From assembly GCA_965243135.1 (NCBI GenBank), contig OZ251539.1:1984001-2048000 (forward strand): a stretch of 64,000 nt of DNA, written 5' to 3'. This DNA is from Alphaproteobacteria bacterium (lineage in GTDB: Bacteria > Pseudomonadota > Alphaproteobacteria > MPNO01 > UBA830). The notes under the pieces are model-generated. The model did no database searches. It saw nothing but the letters and a program-made list of their open reading frames with translations, and had not been told where the DNA came from. Shown in pieces: positions 1 through 11,235 of the stretch. Positions within the stretch are counted from its first letter, which is position 1, and every line of letters begins with the position of its first letter. Position numbers and translations under genes: made by a program.

Positions 1-20
1 CTCGCCGGCGGCGAACGGCG

Positions 21-309
21 TCAGGTGCCCCTTGTTCGCGCCCGGTCCGTCGGCGGCGTTCGTTCAGCGACGGTTTCCGGCGCAGCGGCCTGGCGATCGG
101 CGCCTTGAGCGTCGTCATGTTCTCCTCGTGGCGGCTTCTCCTCGTGGCAGCGTTTTTCGGTTTCGCTCTGCTGCTGCGTGGCCGCGCGCTGTTGTTGCCC
201 GCGTTCGTCGTTGGCGCGGACGCCATACGCCGACGGCCGCGAGGACGGCCGCGGCCGCGTTGGCGGGAGCGACGGCGAGGCTGGCGATCTCGAAGGCGGC
301 CATGAGCAT
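21..309 (-). pseudogene. Degenerate copy of a small hydrophobic-N-terminus/coiled-coil protein family
   Basis: MAAFEIASLAVA...VGVW N-terminus and RHEENMTTLKA-like C-terminus lie in different frames; homologous to 15709-16030 and 18871-19241. Confidence 0.5.
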
Positions 310-384
310 CCTTTCCAGAGACGGTTTCAGAGACAGTATCCGCAGCGCCGATCGTCAAGGAAGATTTTTTGCCGTCCCGTTTCG

Positions 385-620
385 AAGGCTTTCGGCGGCG
401 TCGCGCAGGCTACGCGCCATCTCGCTTGACCGTCAAAAGGGGATGGAGACCATTCTCTCCTGCCGTGACGCCTTGCCGACGCGGTGCCGAACTCCCCCCT
501 TTCTTCTCTTTTCCGCTTCCCCCTCTCCCTGCCTCCCCGAAACAGCATCAAAAAAACCGCCGGCCATGCCGCAGGCACATCTGGTTCACCGGTTGGGATC
601 AACGCGACGCGCAAAAATGG
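385..620. repeat. Dispersed ~240-bp non-coding repeat, copy 1 (no MITE inserted)
   Basis: Homologous in inverted orientation to ~38750-39180, where the same sequence is interrupted by the MITE. Confidence 0.65.
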
Positions 621-925
621 GATAGACCTGTCTTGTCTCGAAGTCATTCGCTTTGCGGCTGCGAATCGGCTCCGTGTTGGACTATGCCGCCCGGACGAGG
701 CGGATTGAATCCTGTTCTCTGCGATGCACGCGAGAAAGCAACTTTATCCTGCATGCTGTAGATTGAAATGCGCACCGTCGCGTTGCCCGGATCCAGGGTG
801 CCCGAACGACTGAACAAAGCTTCTCGCCGTGAGCTCACTGCGAAAGGACCGATACCTACACTCAAGGCTCCGGGCGACCTCACGGATTTAGCGGGCGCTC
901 GGTTCCGTTCGCACGGCCTCGCAAC

Positions 926-1262
926 GGAAAATCCCGCTAATGCCACTCTCGTCTCGACTGTTTCACGAACGAAGCGGAGCTGCTTGTCGCAAACCTTGAC
1001 CGTCCCGTACGGGCAGCGCAGGAAGTCTCGGTTGGCCAGCGCCAGTTCCCGGTCGCCGACCGCGTCCGGAATTGGCTTGTTCGTCCACCGGAACGACGAC
1101 CTGTTGCCCGGTACGCTCGTGCGGCGTCAGGTGCCGGAAACGGATCGCCGCCGCGCTCGGTGCCGCCGTCCGTCATTCGAGGCTTTTGAGGTTTCGTTCC
1201 GCTTCTCGGGCCAGTTTCACGTTGCCTGCCTTTTGGGCAAGAGCAATGGCAACCTCGAAATC
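926..1262 (-). repeat. Duplicated segment: 3' tail of the TPR gene plus a degenerate AAA-ATPase fragment
   Basis: Near-identical to ~19861-20198; encodes DFEVAIALAQKAGNVKLAREAERNLKSLE* and decayed DKPI..GDRELALANRDFLR. Confidence 0.85.
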
Positions 1263-1371
1263 TGTCAGTAACAGATGATATGTCCGGTCCATGTACCAAA
1301 CTCTCATGATCGGCGCCTGCTCGCCCCGTAGCATGTAACTGGTGGTTTTGCTGGCGTCGTGCCTGCCCGAC

Positions 1372-2820
1372 GATCATTGGGTTAGACTGTTGGCAGGCAC
1401 GTGGACGATTTCTTTGCGGTGAACGCTGGTTTCCCGAAACCAAACTGTACCCGGACCGACGGCCTCGAGCCCCGTATTGTTCCCGGCCCCGCGCTGTGGA
1501 CGCACAACAAAATGATCCGCGCCGAACCGGTGCGTGACTTGCGTTCCGAAGGTCCCCCGCCCAACTCTCACATGGAGGCGTCGATGCTAACCGACAAAAT
1601 GCATGTCGTCCACCCGTGCGCAGCGGGTCTGGACGTTCACAAGATGGAGATCACCGCGACGGTGCGATTATGTTCGCCGGAGGGCGGCGATCCCGAGACC
1701 GAGACCGAGGCTTTCAGCACCCTGGAAAGCGGAATGCGCGATCTCGTGGCGTGGTTGCGTGGTCACGGCGTGACCGCCGCCGCGATGGAGGCGACCGGCT
1801 TGGGAGCTTCCGCGCTGGAAGACGCCGGCATCCACGTTGACCTGTTGCACGCGCAGCACGTCAAACAGGGGCCGGAAAACGGATGTCGCCGACAGCATGT
1901 GGCTGGCCTGCCAGTTCGGTCTGGCGGCTCCGAGTCTGGTCCTGCCGCGCGAGTTCCGGCGTCTGCGCGTGCTGAGTCGTCATCGGCGACGGATGATCGA
2001 CGACTGCGCCCGACTGCGCAACCGCGTTCACAAGATCCTGGACCGCGACGGCATCGGCGGGGTGCTCTCGGACGTGTTCGGCGTCAACGGGATGCGCATC
2101 CTTCGCGGAATGGTCGACGAAGAGCCGCGGGAGGAAATCGTCGCGTCCCGTCATGTTGCGGACAAACGCGATACGCGAAGCCCTTGCCTACAACCTCGCC
2201 CCGTACAGTCGGCAAATTCTTGGCGACTTGCTGCCACGACTACGCGAGCCAGAAGATCGCATGCTACGACAAACTCATTCGGGAAGGCCTCGACGGCTTC
2301 GAGAAGCAACTTCTTCTCTTGCAGACGATCCCCGGGCAGGGAATCGGCCTGCGCTATCCTGATCGGTCCCGACATTGGCGTATTCGGTTCCGCCTTGCGC
2401 CGCCTGGTCCGGCGTGTGCCCCGGCAACGACAAAAGCGCCGGCAAGCGGCGCAGCGGACGAAGCCGTAAGGGCAACCCGACGCTGCGCAAGGTGCTGGTG
2501 TGCGCACGGCGCAGCGCGAACCGACAACTGTCAGTTCCAAGGCTACCACAAAGCGCTTCGGGTCCGCTGCGGATCGCGCCATCGTCGCCACTGCGCACAA
2601 GCTGCTTCGCGTGGTCTACTGCGTCCTTCGGACCGGCAAGCCTTACCGGGACCCCGAGACCGACTACGAAGCGATGATGGTGAAGCGCAACGCTCCTCGG
2701 TGGATCCGCATGCTCGAAACGTACAACGTCGCGGGACGACGAAGGTGCGTGTCAAGCCGCAACGGGCGGCGCGGCGGCAACGGCGGGCACGGGCGCTGCA
2801 GGCAGCCTGAGCGCTGCGAC
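1372..2820 (+). mobile_element. IS110-family element with a long 5' non-coding end (candidate bridge RNA)
   Basis: CGAC at both junctions (1368-1371, 2817-2820), no TIR-bounded TSD, ~210-nt leader with TAGACT -10-like box at 1383, DEDD transposase downstream. Confidence 0.75.
1584..2800 (+). pseudogene. IS110-family (DEDD) transposase, multiply frameshifted; 3' end approximate
   Basis: GLDVHK, AMEATG, GRKTDVADS.WLA, LQTIPG, GVCPGNDKSAGKRRSGR and AIVATAHKLLR motifs spread over three frames; GGAGG before ATG 1584. Confidence 0.9.
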
Positions 2821-2989
2821 ATAACCGTTCCGGGTTCAAGCGGCGCGGCGCGAAGACAGGGCGTTACGGGGCAGCCCTCAGCGTCGCAATCCTGAATTCT
2901 CGAACGGCGAAGACCGCCGCGAAAAAATCTTCGATTCGCGGAACGGTTTCGTGCGGCCGGCAGCTCGGGGTAGTTACACAACAAAGGAG

Positions 2990-4092
2990 GTGGCGGCGGA
3001 CGGAACAACGACAGGGACTGATGAAGTTCGAAGAGGTGTCGCACTGGGTGTGCTGAGCCAGGGCGAAGCAGCAGAGGGCGTTTCGGAACGCACCTTCCGG
3101 CGCTGGCGCTACGAGGCGGAGGGCGCGGAAGGGTTGTACGACCGCCGCCTGGGCCGGGTCTCGGCGCGCCGGGCCGGCGCGGACGAGGTGGCGCAGGTTC
3201 TGGAATTGTTCGACACCCGGTACTGGGACTTCAACGCCAGGCACTTTCACGAGAAGCTGGTCGCCTGCCATGGCGTCCGGCGCAGCTACAACTGGGTCCG
3301 GCTGACCTTGCAGGCCCATGGCCGCGTGCGAGCCGCGCCGCGCCGCGGCGCCCACCGGCGCAAGCGCCCGCGGCGCGCGCTGCCCGGCGCTGCACCAGGA
3401 CGGCTCGCGCCACGAGTGGGTGTCCGGTCGGCAGTGGGCGTCACCATGGACGACGCCACCAGCGAGGTCTACTCGGCCTTCTTCGTCGCCGAGGAAGGCA
3501 CCCTTTCCAGGCGCTTCGCGAGGTGATCGGCGAACGCGGGCTGTTCTGCTCGCTCTACACCGACCGCGGCAGCCACTACTTCCACACGCCCGAGGCCGGC
3601 GGCAAGGTCGACAAGGACAACCCGACCCAGGTCGGGCGCGCCCTTCGCCGGCGTCGAGCACATCGCCGCCTACTCGCCCGAGGCCCGCGGGCGCTCGGAG
3701 CGGGTGTTCGGCACCCTGCAGAAACGCCTGCCCCAGGAACTCAGGCTCGCCGGCGTCGCCGACATGGCCGAGGCCAACCGCTTCCTCAAGGAGGTCTACC
3801 TGCCGGGCCACAACCGGCGCTTCGCCACCCCACCCGAGGGGGTCGGCCTTCGTGCCCTTCGCCGGCACCCTGGACGACATCCTCTGCGTCCACGAGGACC
3901 GTCTCGAACGACACGCGGTACAAGGGACGCACCCTGCAGATCCCGGCCGACCGCCACCACTACGTCAAGGCCAAGGTCCGGGTCCACGAGTACCCTGACC
4001 ACACCCTTGCCGTCTTCCACGGCCCCAGACGCCTCGCTCTCTACCGGGCCGACGGGGCTCCGTTCGAAACCGCAACCCGGAAGGCCGCGTGA
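2990..4092 (+). pseudogene. ISNCY/IS1202-like DDE transposase, frameshifted
   Basis: LSQGEAAE..VSERTFRRW HTH, LHQDGSRHEW, MDDATSEV, SLYTDRGSHYF and GRSERVFGTLQ motifs across frames. Confidence 0.85.
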
Positions 4093-4229
4093 CCCGCTTC
4101 GACGCGATTTTCCGGAGGCCTGAAGTGGACAGCCGCTTCGCGCCTGACCACTTCCCCACAGGCCCAACCACCACAACGGAAGCGGTCAATTAATTTGGTA
4201 CCTACCAGTTCAAAATGTTCTTGACAGCC

Positions 4230-6090
4230 CCAATTTCCAGCGCGCTTCCCGGCGGCGCCCCGGCCGCCTCGAACGAACCCGCCCGGACGCTCAGCAGCGC
4301 CGCCCCCTTGCGCGCCGAAAACCGGCGCCCGTCCTCCCGGCTGCGCGCGCCCCCGAATTTCGGTCCCCGGCTTTCCGCGCCTCGGCCGTCTCCAACGTCG
4401 CGTCCATGCCCCTCGCCGTCCGCTCGTCCGAAAAGTCGCGCGCAGGCGCGGCCACATGAGGCTCGGCGCGCCGCCCGCCGAAACCCGCTCCCGCGCCTGT
4501 CCGTTGATCGTTTCCGCGAAGTCGAGCGACGCCTCCGACCGCGCCAGGCCGATGGCGGGTGTCGCCGCAAGCCCGCCGCCCGCCTCCGTCCGGCCTCGAG
4601 GCCCATGGCGAAGCCCCGGCCGTCCGCGCCGTCCGTCAAAGCCTCGTTCCGGCCGGAGGTCAGCTTGACGTCGTACCGAGTCGCCTGCGCGTCCATTATG
4701 GAAGTTGTCGCCGAGGAACGCCATCCCGTGCACGCCCGCGTCGACCCCCGACAGCTCCATCTCGCTGCCGGAACCCGACATCTCCGCCGAACCCTGCAGC
4801 CCGCGCGACGACACGCCGAACCGCCCGTCGCCGTTCGTCGCGAGATCCGTCCCCGCCCGTGCGCCATACTGGCGGTTTGCGCGTAGTGACGGCCAACCCC
4901 TACCGCTCCGTCCCCGCCCGCACGCCGTACCGGCGGTAGTCGAAGGCCGCGTCCGGTCTTCGCTTTCCGCCCGCCGCGCCCGGCCGCCGTTGCCGTCCCG
5001 CGCCACCGACATGCCCTCCCCGCAGGTCGGCAGCCCGTTCATCGTCGACAACGCCGACGGCAGCGCCTCGCAGAGGCGGCGGCGCGGCGTCGCCGTTCTT
5101 GAGCGCCCGCCCCTCGCGGCAGGCTTCCAGGCTTGCATACGGGGCATTCTGTCCGGGGTTCGCCGCGCCGGCGCCGGAAGGCGCGGACGGAAAACAGCCG
5201 ATCTCGCGACCGCTGTCCCGTCTCGGAGACCCGGACGACGACTCCTTGCGCGCCAAGTCCGCTGACGACGGCACCCCCGACGGCACCCAAGCTCTCCGCC
5301 GCGTCCCTCCCGCGCGAGGCGGCCTTCGCCGTCGTCGAGACCCCGGCGCACGGTCACCAGGGTCTCGCCCTCTGAGCGAAAGACTCGCGCCGTTGGCCCC
5401 TGCCCTTTGGACCGACCGCGGCGCTGCCGCCGCCGTCGACCGCCGCGGCCGCGCCTTCGCTGCCCGTCACCATGCCGAGACCGCCGGCCGCCGTTGACCG
5501 GGGGCCGGCCGGCGCCCGCACGGCCGCGTCCGTCCCGCCCGTCGCTGTGCCGTTCACCGCCACGGCCCGCTGTCGTAGGCGGTCCCGCCCCGCCCCAGGG
5601 CTGCGTTCGCCGCGTAGACGCCGGCGCCGGTCGCGGGCGTCCCCGCGGCCTGACGGCCCCGTTGTTGGCGTCGCGTAGCAGGGCCGTCGTCGCGGGAGGA
5701 GCCTCCGGTCACGGCGATGTTGCCCGGGTTGTAGCGGTTCGGCAGCGCCCGCGCCGCTGTCTTGCAGTCGTCGGAGAACGCCGCGTCCGCGTCGTCCAGT
5801 GCGGCGTCGAGGCCGGCGTCGTCGCCCGTCGCCAGCGCCTTCAAAACCGCCTCCTCCGCCTCGGAGAAGGTGCTCGTCGGAATTTGCGGCAGCACGGCTC
5901 TGCAGGCGTTGTCGAGCGCGCTGCGCCTCGTCGCGGCTCGCCTTCCGTGCCGTCGGTGTCGGCGATGACGGCGATGACGGCGATGACCGCGCTCGCGGTC
6001 CTCGTCCTCCAGCGCCGCCCTGAATCGCGCCGCGAGGGCGTCCCCCTGCGCCTTGACGCTCGCAAGAGAGCCGTCGGCGAACGTGGCTGC
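4230..6090 (-). pseudogene. Probable degenerate autotransporter/outer-membrane protein
   Basis: Fragments resembling a beta-barrel (DAQATRYDVKLTSG, GFAMGLEAGRR, TPAIGLARSEASLDF) and passenger-like segments in several frames; partial second copy at ~41425-41820. Confidence 0.45.
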
Positions 6091-6193
6091 TGACCCAACC
6101 TCTATGTAATTTTTGCTGTGTAACTACCCCCGAACTGCCGGCCGCGCGAGACCGTTCCGCGGGATTTTTTCGCGGCGGCGCTTGCCGTTCGAG

Positions 6194-8112
6194 GTAGAGT
6201 CGAGGACTGGCGCGTTAGTTTTAGGGTCCGGTGGATGTTCCGTCGCTTTCGCTCCGGGCCTCAGTCCGGCTCCCTTGGCCACGTTTCCAGTCCCCGCTCG
6301 TCAAACCGGACGTGCGGATTTCCCGCGCTTCGGTCAAGATCATGCCTTCGCCCACGGAAAGTTCTTCGTTCGCGTTTTAAGGCGCGTAAGACCTATTTCA
6401 TTCCATTCGTTTGGAAAGTGCGCATACTTTCCTTTACGCACCTTGTGCTTGCGACAGAACCATTGGCGCAGCCGACGGGCTGCGTGTAGATCAACGGCGG
6501 TGTAGGCAGGGCTAACCTGTCCCAATACGAAGTAATTTCCCCATCCAGCTATTACCCTGTTGAGGCGTTTTACCATCTCGTCCGGTTCAAGTTGTCCGTT
6601 CCTTTTCGCCGTCATTTCGCTATCGGCTTATGCTCTGGACGCTTGCCGGGTTGGGACGCGTTCCAATGTAGGATCGTCCCGTGTCCCGACGGTAGTTGCG
6701 TCCAATTCGGTACCCGAGGTACTCTAGTGGTTTCTCAGGTACTCGTAAGCATTGGGTCTTCTCCGCGTTTATCGGCAGTTTCAGCCTTTCCATGAGTGCT
6801 GCCGCCAGCATCTTGCTGGCCGACGCTTTGCCGAGCACTACGCTGTCGTCGGCGTAGTTGACGATCTTCGCGCAGAAGTTTTGAGCGTGCACCTTCCAGC
6901 CCAGAATGAAACGACGCATGGTTGCTGAGTAAAGGGGAGATTGGCGCCCCTTGCGGGGTGCCTTTCCTTTCCCTGCGCGCCCGGTTCGTGCGGCGTTTGC
7001 CGCCTTTGCCGTCGTCCTCCTCCACTGCCATTTCCAGCCATGCCTTGACCCAGCCCAGCATTCGTCCGTCGCTTACGCGACGGGCGACGGACTTCATCAG
7101 TTCCACATGAGGGGCCGAAGTAGTCGGACAAGTCCGCGTCCACCACCTCATGGTGGCCTTGTTTCAACAACTGGTGCACCCGATTGACCGCGTCGAGTGC
7201 GCTTCTTTCCGGTCTGTAGGCGTACTGCTCCGGTTGCAGGTCGGCTTCGAAGATCGGCGACAGTATAAGCATCGCCGCCGTTTGCGCCACCCTGCGCAGG
7301 GGATCCCCAGGGGCCGGAATTTTCCGCGTTGTTTCTTCGGGATCAGAACTTGCCGTACCGCGGCCGGTCGGTAGGTTCCTTCTTTCAGGTCCCGCGCCAG
7401 TTCCTCAAGCCACTGGCCTACTCCTTGCGCTTCCGCTATCGTCGTTCCGTCCGTCCCGGCAGTTCCTCCGTTTCGACGGACGTCCTGCCAGGCTGTGAAC
7501 AGCACTTCGTAGCTCCATACCTTGTCGCATAGCGAGTAGAACCGGAAACTCGGGGATTCCTTCGCTTGTAACGCTGTCTGGAGTCTCCGAACCTTCTCCG
7601 AGGCTGCTAGGCTTCTGCCAGTCCTCATGTCCTTTCCTCCTTCCAACGCTTCTCTTGACCCAAGGCCCCTTTCCTCCACCGGCGTTACCCGGCTTCCCCG
7701 GTACTACGGGCCTCTCCGCCACCCTGCCGGCCCGGCCTGCCCCTCGCGGGGTTCCGGTTGACTCGTGCGCGTCACCGACAGGGCTTCCCGTGTTGCTGCT
7801 TCCTTCATCTTCCATGCGTGCCGACATCACTACCCCGGCGGAAACGGTCGGTGCTCTTGTCGTTCTCTTCCCGACCGTCGGCGGCTTTCCTCTTGCTCCT
7901 GGAGGGTCAGCTTCCGCATTACGCGTTTCGAGGCCTGGTTCACTCGCGTTTCGGCCCGCATGTTTGCTGAGCGGCCTTCGCCGCCCTTTTTGTCCAGAGT
8001 GCTTCAGCCTACATCGTTACCTCCGTAAACCGCCCTGGCTGCTACCAACCGGAACGACAGTTGTTGGGTGGGATTCGCACCCACCAGAAGAAAGCGCCTT
8101 TCCACGGCGCAC
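6194..8112 (-). mobile_element. Group II intron (~1.9 kb)
   Basis: 5' end GTGCGCC at 8112, 3' end ...CTCGACTCTAC at 6194, domain V-like GCGGGAAATCCGCACGTCCGGTTTGACGAG after the ORF; EBS1 AGGAGC (7895-7900) pairs with exon GCTCCT. Confidence 0.92.
6340..7628 (-). pseudogene. ltrA: Group II intron reverse transcriptase/maturase (no evident endonuclease domain), frameshifted
   Basis: RPLGIP, IFEADL..QYAYRP.RSA.DA, VVDADLSDYF, GTPQGAPISPLLSN, NYADD and domain X LNRVIAGWGNYF in successive frames. Confidence 0.9.
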
Positions 8113-8435
8113 AGGAGCGTGACGCTGAGGACTGCCCCGTATAGCCCTGTCTTCGCGCCGCGACGCCCGAACGCGGAACGGTTATGTCGGCGAGCGGCGC
8201 GAGGGCGGGAGAACCACCCTCGAAGTTACATGCTACGGGGCGAGCAGGCCATGAGCGTTTAACCGGGCAGCACTGCGCCCCGACGTCTTCGTCCGCGTTA
8301 CGCGCCCGGTAGATGCTCGCGAAAGAGTCGCTCCACGCGCGTGCGCGGCTCAAGAAGCGGCGCGGGCGCGGTGGCCATGGTTCGACGACTTGTCCCATGG
8401 CGCGAACCGGGAGCCGCCGCCGCGCGATTGGAGAA

Positions 8436-8879
8436 CTATTCGCAATTTTCGTCGATTATCTGAGAGAACGATCTGCGCGGGCCGCGCTCCAGTCTTCTTT
8501 GTTGTTCTTCCTGGTAGTCGGCAATGTCTTCTTCCAGATCCTCTGCCGTTTCCGCCTTCATTTTCCATAGCCTCATTTCACTTTTCATGGAGGAAATTGT
8601 CCACCTGTCGTTCGACATGAGGGCCGCTCTGTATCGGCGTTCCATGTCGTCCAAATCCAGTGATCGCAATTCTTCCTTCAATTGTTGCAACCGGACCTGT
8701 TGTTCTTGATACGATCTTTCCCTTTCGGCTCGGGCCAACGCTACCGCTACGTCGCCGACCGTTCCAGGAACTTGCAGGATTCCCTTTCCCCTGTAATAGC
8801 AGCCGCCGTCTGCGGTTCTCTGGCCTTTCCCGCAAGAAGCCGTGCCGATCATGGCGACGATCAGCACATAGATATTCAT
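8436..8879 (-). CDS. Hypothetical protein with possible lipoprotein signal and acidic coiled coil
   Basis: 147-aa ORF with hydrophobic N-terminus ending TAS-C; directly follows the M48 gene. Confidence 0.5.
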   Translation of the reverse strand: MNIYVLIVAMIGTASCGKGQRTADGGCYYRGKGILQVPGTVGDVAVALARAERERSYQEQQVRLQQLKEELRSLDLDDMERRYRAALMSNDRWTISSMKSEMRLWKMKAETAEDLEEDIADYQEEQQRRLERGPRRSFSQIIDENCE

Positions 8880-8894
8880 CGAAACTCCGCGCCT

Positions 8895-9612
8895 CTACTC
8901 ATTGCACCAAAAATGGTTGCAACGAGCGAGTTCGTAATGATTCTTCGCGCCGGAAAAATAGTACTGCCGCTCGGCCATTGCGCGGGTCGTGCGCGCCCGG
9001 TCCGAGCCGGCGGGTGCGGAACCAAGACCAATCATCCCTGTGTTTTCTCGCGATATCCCCCCACAAGCTTGAGATAGCGTACGGATCGTAGCCGGCAAGA
9101 GCGGCATAGACGACGCCGATCTTGTCCGCCTCGTTCTCGTTCAGAACGCTGTACGCGAAGCTGGATCCCCTGGCGGGCTTGCCTTTCAGCGCAAATTCCG
9201 CTAAGGTGATCATTAGTTGTTGTTCCATATGATTGGCTGCCACGTGTCCGATTTCGTGGCCGATCACCGCGGCGACGGCCGCATCGTCCCGCACTTCGTC
9301 CATCAAGCCCCGGAAAACGGCCACTTGGGTTCCGCCGGTCACGAAGGCGTTGAAACCGTCCTCCGGCAATAGGAAGGCATTCCAGCTTTCATGGGCAAAG
9401 TGGCTTACTGCGTGAACGCGATTGAAGATGCTCAAAAGCCGGTTGTAGGAACCGCGGTCGACTTTCTGGTTCAGGCGGTCGTATTTCCTCAGAACCCGCC
9501 TCATTGCGGCATTTCCTTCTGCGATTTGTTCGGTGCGCGAATGGAAACTGGCCGTGCGTTGTCCGGTGATCGGAGGCCCCGAGGCGGCGTCCTCGGCCGG
9601 GCGGCCCGTCAA
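8895..9612 (-). pseudogene. M48-family metallopeptidase, frameshifted near the 3' end; start uncertain
   Basis: NAFVTGG, AAVIGHEIGHV (HExxH) and ENEADKIG...AGYDP motifs. Confidence 0.85.
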
Positions 9613-9696
9613 GCCGCGCGACGAACCGGCGGCTGCCGCCGCAGGCCGAACCGCGGGCGGCGTTCTTTCGCGGAGGCGGCCGTGACGGGAAGCCGT

Positions 9697-11235
9697 TCAG
9701 GCGGCCTCGCAGTCGAACCCGACGACGTTGCGCTCCTCGCGGCTGAACTCCACCCCGATCAGGTGGACCGAACGTCCAAGATGGCGGTACTTGTCCGCGT
9801 AGCCCTTCTCCCGCAGTTGCGCGAGCGCGATCCCCTCCCGCCCGCGCTCCACCACCTTGAACTCGAACAGGTAGACGCGCCCGCCGGCGCGGATCGCCAT
9901 GTCGGCGCGCCCCCGGCTGCCGCTGTCCTCGGCCACCGGCTCGAGGCCCTCCATCAGGAAGCAGCTGTGGATGACGCTCGCGTAGTGGGCCTCGTACTTC
10001 GCGACCGGGCTGCTCGCGTACCACTGGTGCGGGATGGCGGCGAAGACGCCGCGGAACAGGGTTTCGAGACGCTTGAAGTCGTTCGCCGCCAGCAGTTCGC
10101 CCAGCCGCAGGCACGCCGTCTTCTTGCGCGCCTCGACCGGGAGCAGTTCTTCCAGCAAGGCCTCGCCCAGGCTCTGGCGCACCTCGAGGTTCGGGTAGTC
10201 CAGCCTGTAGCGCCCGTCCTCCTCGCCGGCGATGGTGAGGTAGCCGGTCTGGAACAGAAGCGCCTCGACCGAGACATTGTCCACGTCGAAGGCCGAGAGC
10301 AGGCTCTCGCTGCCGATCATGCCGTCCAGGTCGGGAGTGGGCAGGTCGCGGCGCGCCAGCGTCTCGACCAGGAAGGTCGGCGTGCCGCTATGGAACCAGT
10401 AGTTGCCGAACTTGCGTTTGTCGAACAGCAGCAGGAGGCCGAACGGATTGTAGAGCTTCTCCGGCCCGCACCAGTTGTAGCCGTTGTACCAGCGGCGGAT
10501 CTCGTCCCGGTCCAGGCCCTCGAGTTCCGGGGCGAAGACCGCGTCCAGTTCCGCGTCCGTGCAGCCGCAGATGGCGCCGTAGCGCTCGTCCAGCGTGATG
10601 TCGTTCAGGTTGTTCAGGCCCGAGAACAGGCCCGCCTTCGAGAATTTGCTCACCCCCGTCAGGAAAACGAAACGGAGATGCCTGTCGCAAGCCTTGATCA
10701 CCCCGTACAGGCTGCGCAGGAAGTCGCGGTTGGCCCGCGCAAGCTCCCGGTCGCCGAGCGCGTCCAGGATCGGCTTGTCGTATTCGTCCACCAGCACGAC
10801 CGTCCGCTGTCCGGTGCGCTCGTGCAGCGTCCTTATCAGGCGCCGGAAACGGACCGATGCCCCGGCGGGACCCGGTTCGAGACCGGCCTGCATCTCCGTC
10901 TCTTCCAACTGCGCTTCTACGGTTTCCCGAACCCCGTCCGGAGTGTCGAAATCGCCCACGCCGCTGAAATCCAGCCGCACGACCGGATAGCGCGCCGACC
11001 AGTCCCACTTGCCGTGCACGGCGAGGCCCCGGAACAGCTCCTCGCTCCCCTCGAACAACTCCTGCAGCGTGTCCACCAGCAGGGTCTTGCCGAACCGGCG
11101 CGGACGCGACAAGAAGTAGTAATCTCCTCCTTCGACGAGGCGGCGCAGATGGTCCGTCTTGTCGACGTAGTAGCAGTCTCTCGTCCGGATTTTCCGGAGG
11201 GAGGTCATGCCGATCGGAAGCATGCGTTTCGTCAT
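9697..11235 (-). CDS. AAA-ATPase-like + PD-(D/E)XK nuclease protein (PF09820+PF08011 type), copy A
   Basis: YYVDKT, Walker A RPRRFGKT, Walker B VLVDEYDKP, FLTGVSKF, C-terminal GRAD...YLFEFK; 512 aa, intact. Confidence 0.92.
   Translation of the reverse strand: MTKRMLPIGMTSLRKIRTRDCYYVDKTDHLRRLVEGGDYYFLSRPRRFGKTLLVDTLQELFEGSEELFRGLAVHGKWDWSARYPVVRLDFSGVGDFDTPDGVRETVEAQLEETEMQAGLEPGPAGASVRFRRLIRTLHERTGQRTVVLVDEYDKPILDALGDRELARANRDFLRSLYGVIKACDRHLRFVFLTGVSKFSKAGLFSGLNNLNDITLDERYGAICGCTDAELDAVFAPELEGLDRDEIRRWYNGYNWCGPEKLYNPFGLLLLFDKRKFGNYWFHSGTPTFLVETLARRDLPTPDLDGMIGSESLLSAFDVDNVSVEALLFQTGYLTIAGEEDGRYRLDYPNLEVRQSLGEALLEELLPVEARKKTACLRLGELLAANDFKRLETLFRGVFAAIPHQWYASSPVAKYEAHYASVIHSCFLMEGLEPVAEDSGSRGRADMAIRAGGRVYLFEFKVVERGREGIALAQLREKGYADKYRHLGRSVHLIGVEFSREERNVVGFDCEAA

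Larger units (their letters stand above)
1301..2982 (+). mobile_element. MITE-like repeat copy 1, interrupted by IS110
   Basis: 1301-1371 plus 2821-2982 reconstitute the repeat at 12174-12403; CAAA on both sides (1297-1300, 2982-2985). Confidence 0.8.
1263..4226 (+). mobile_element. IS1202-like (ISNCY/IS481-related) insertion sequence with a nested MITE and IS110
   Basis: Ends TGTCAGTAACA (1263) and TGTTCTTGACA (4226) are 9/11 inverted; removing 1301-2985 rejoins GTACC-AAA-GGAGG in front of the transposase. Confidence 0.7.
6115..8257 (-). mobile_element. MITE-like repeat copy 2, interrupted by a group II intron
   Basis: 6115-6193 plus 8113-8257 rejoin as ...CACGCTCCT|CTCGAACGG..., matching the intact copies. 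Confidence 0.85.

Noticed and set aside
5960-5990. Short GGCGATGAC tandem repeat as a contingency locus
   Set aside because: Only about three 9-bp in-frame units inside a decayed gene.
6340-7628. RT as a diversity-generating retroelement driving nuclease or TPR variation
   Set aside because: The RT lies within complete group II intron boundaries with EBS1/IBS1 pairing, and paralog differences are block-wise rather than adenine-specific.
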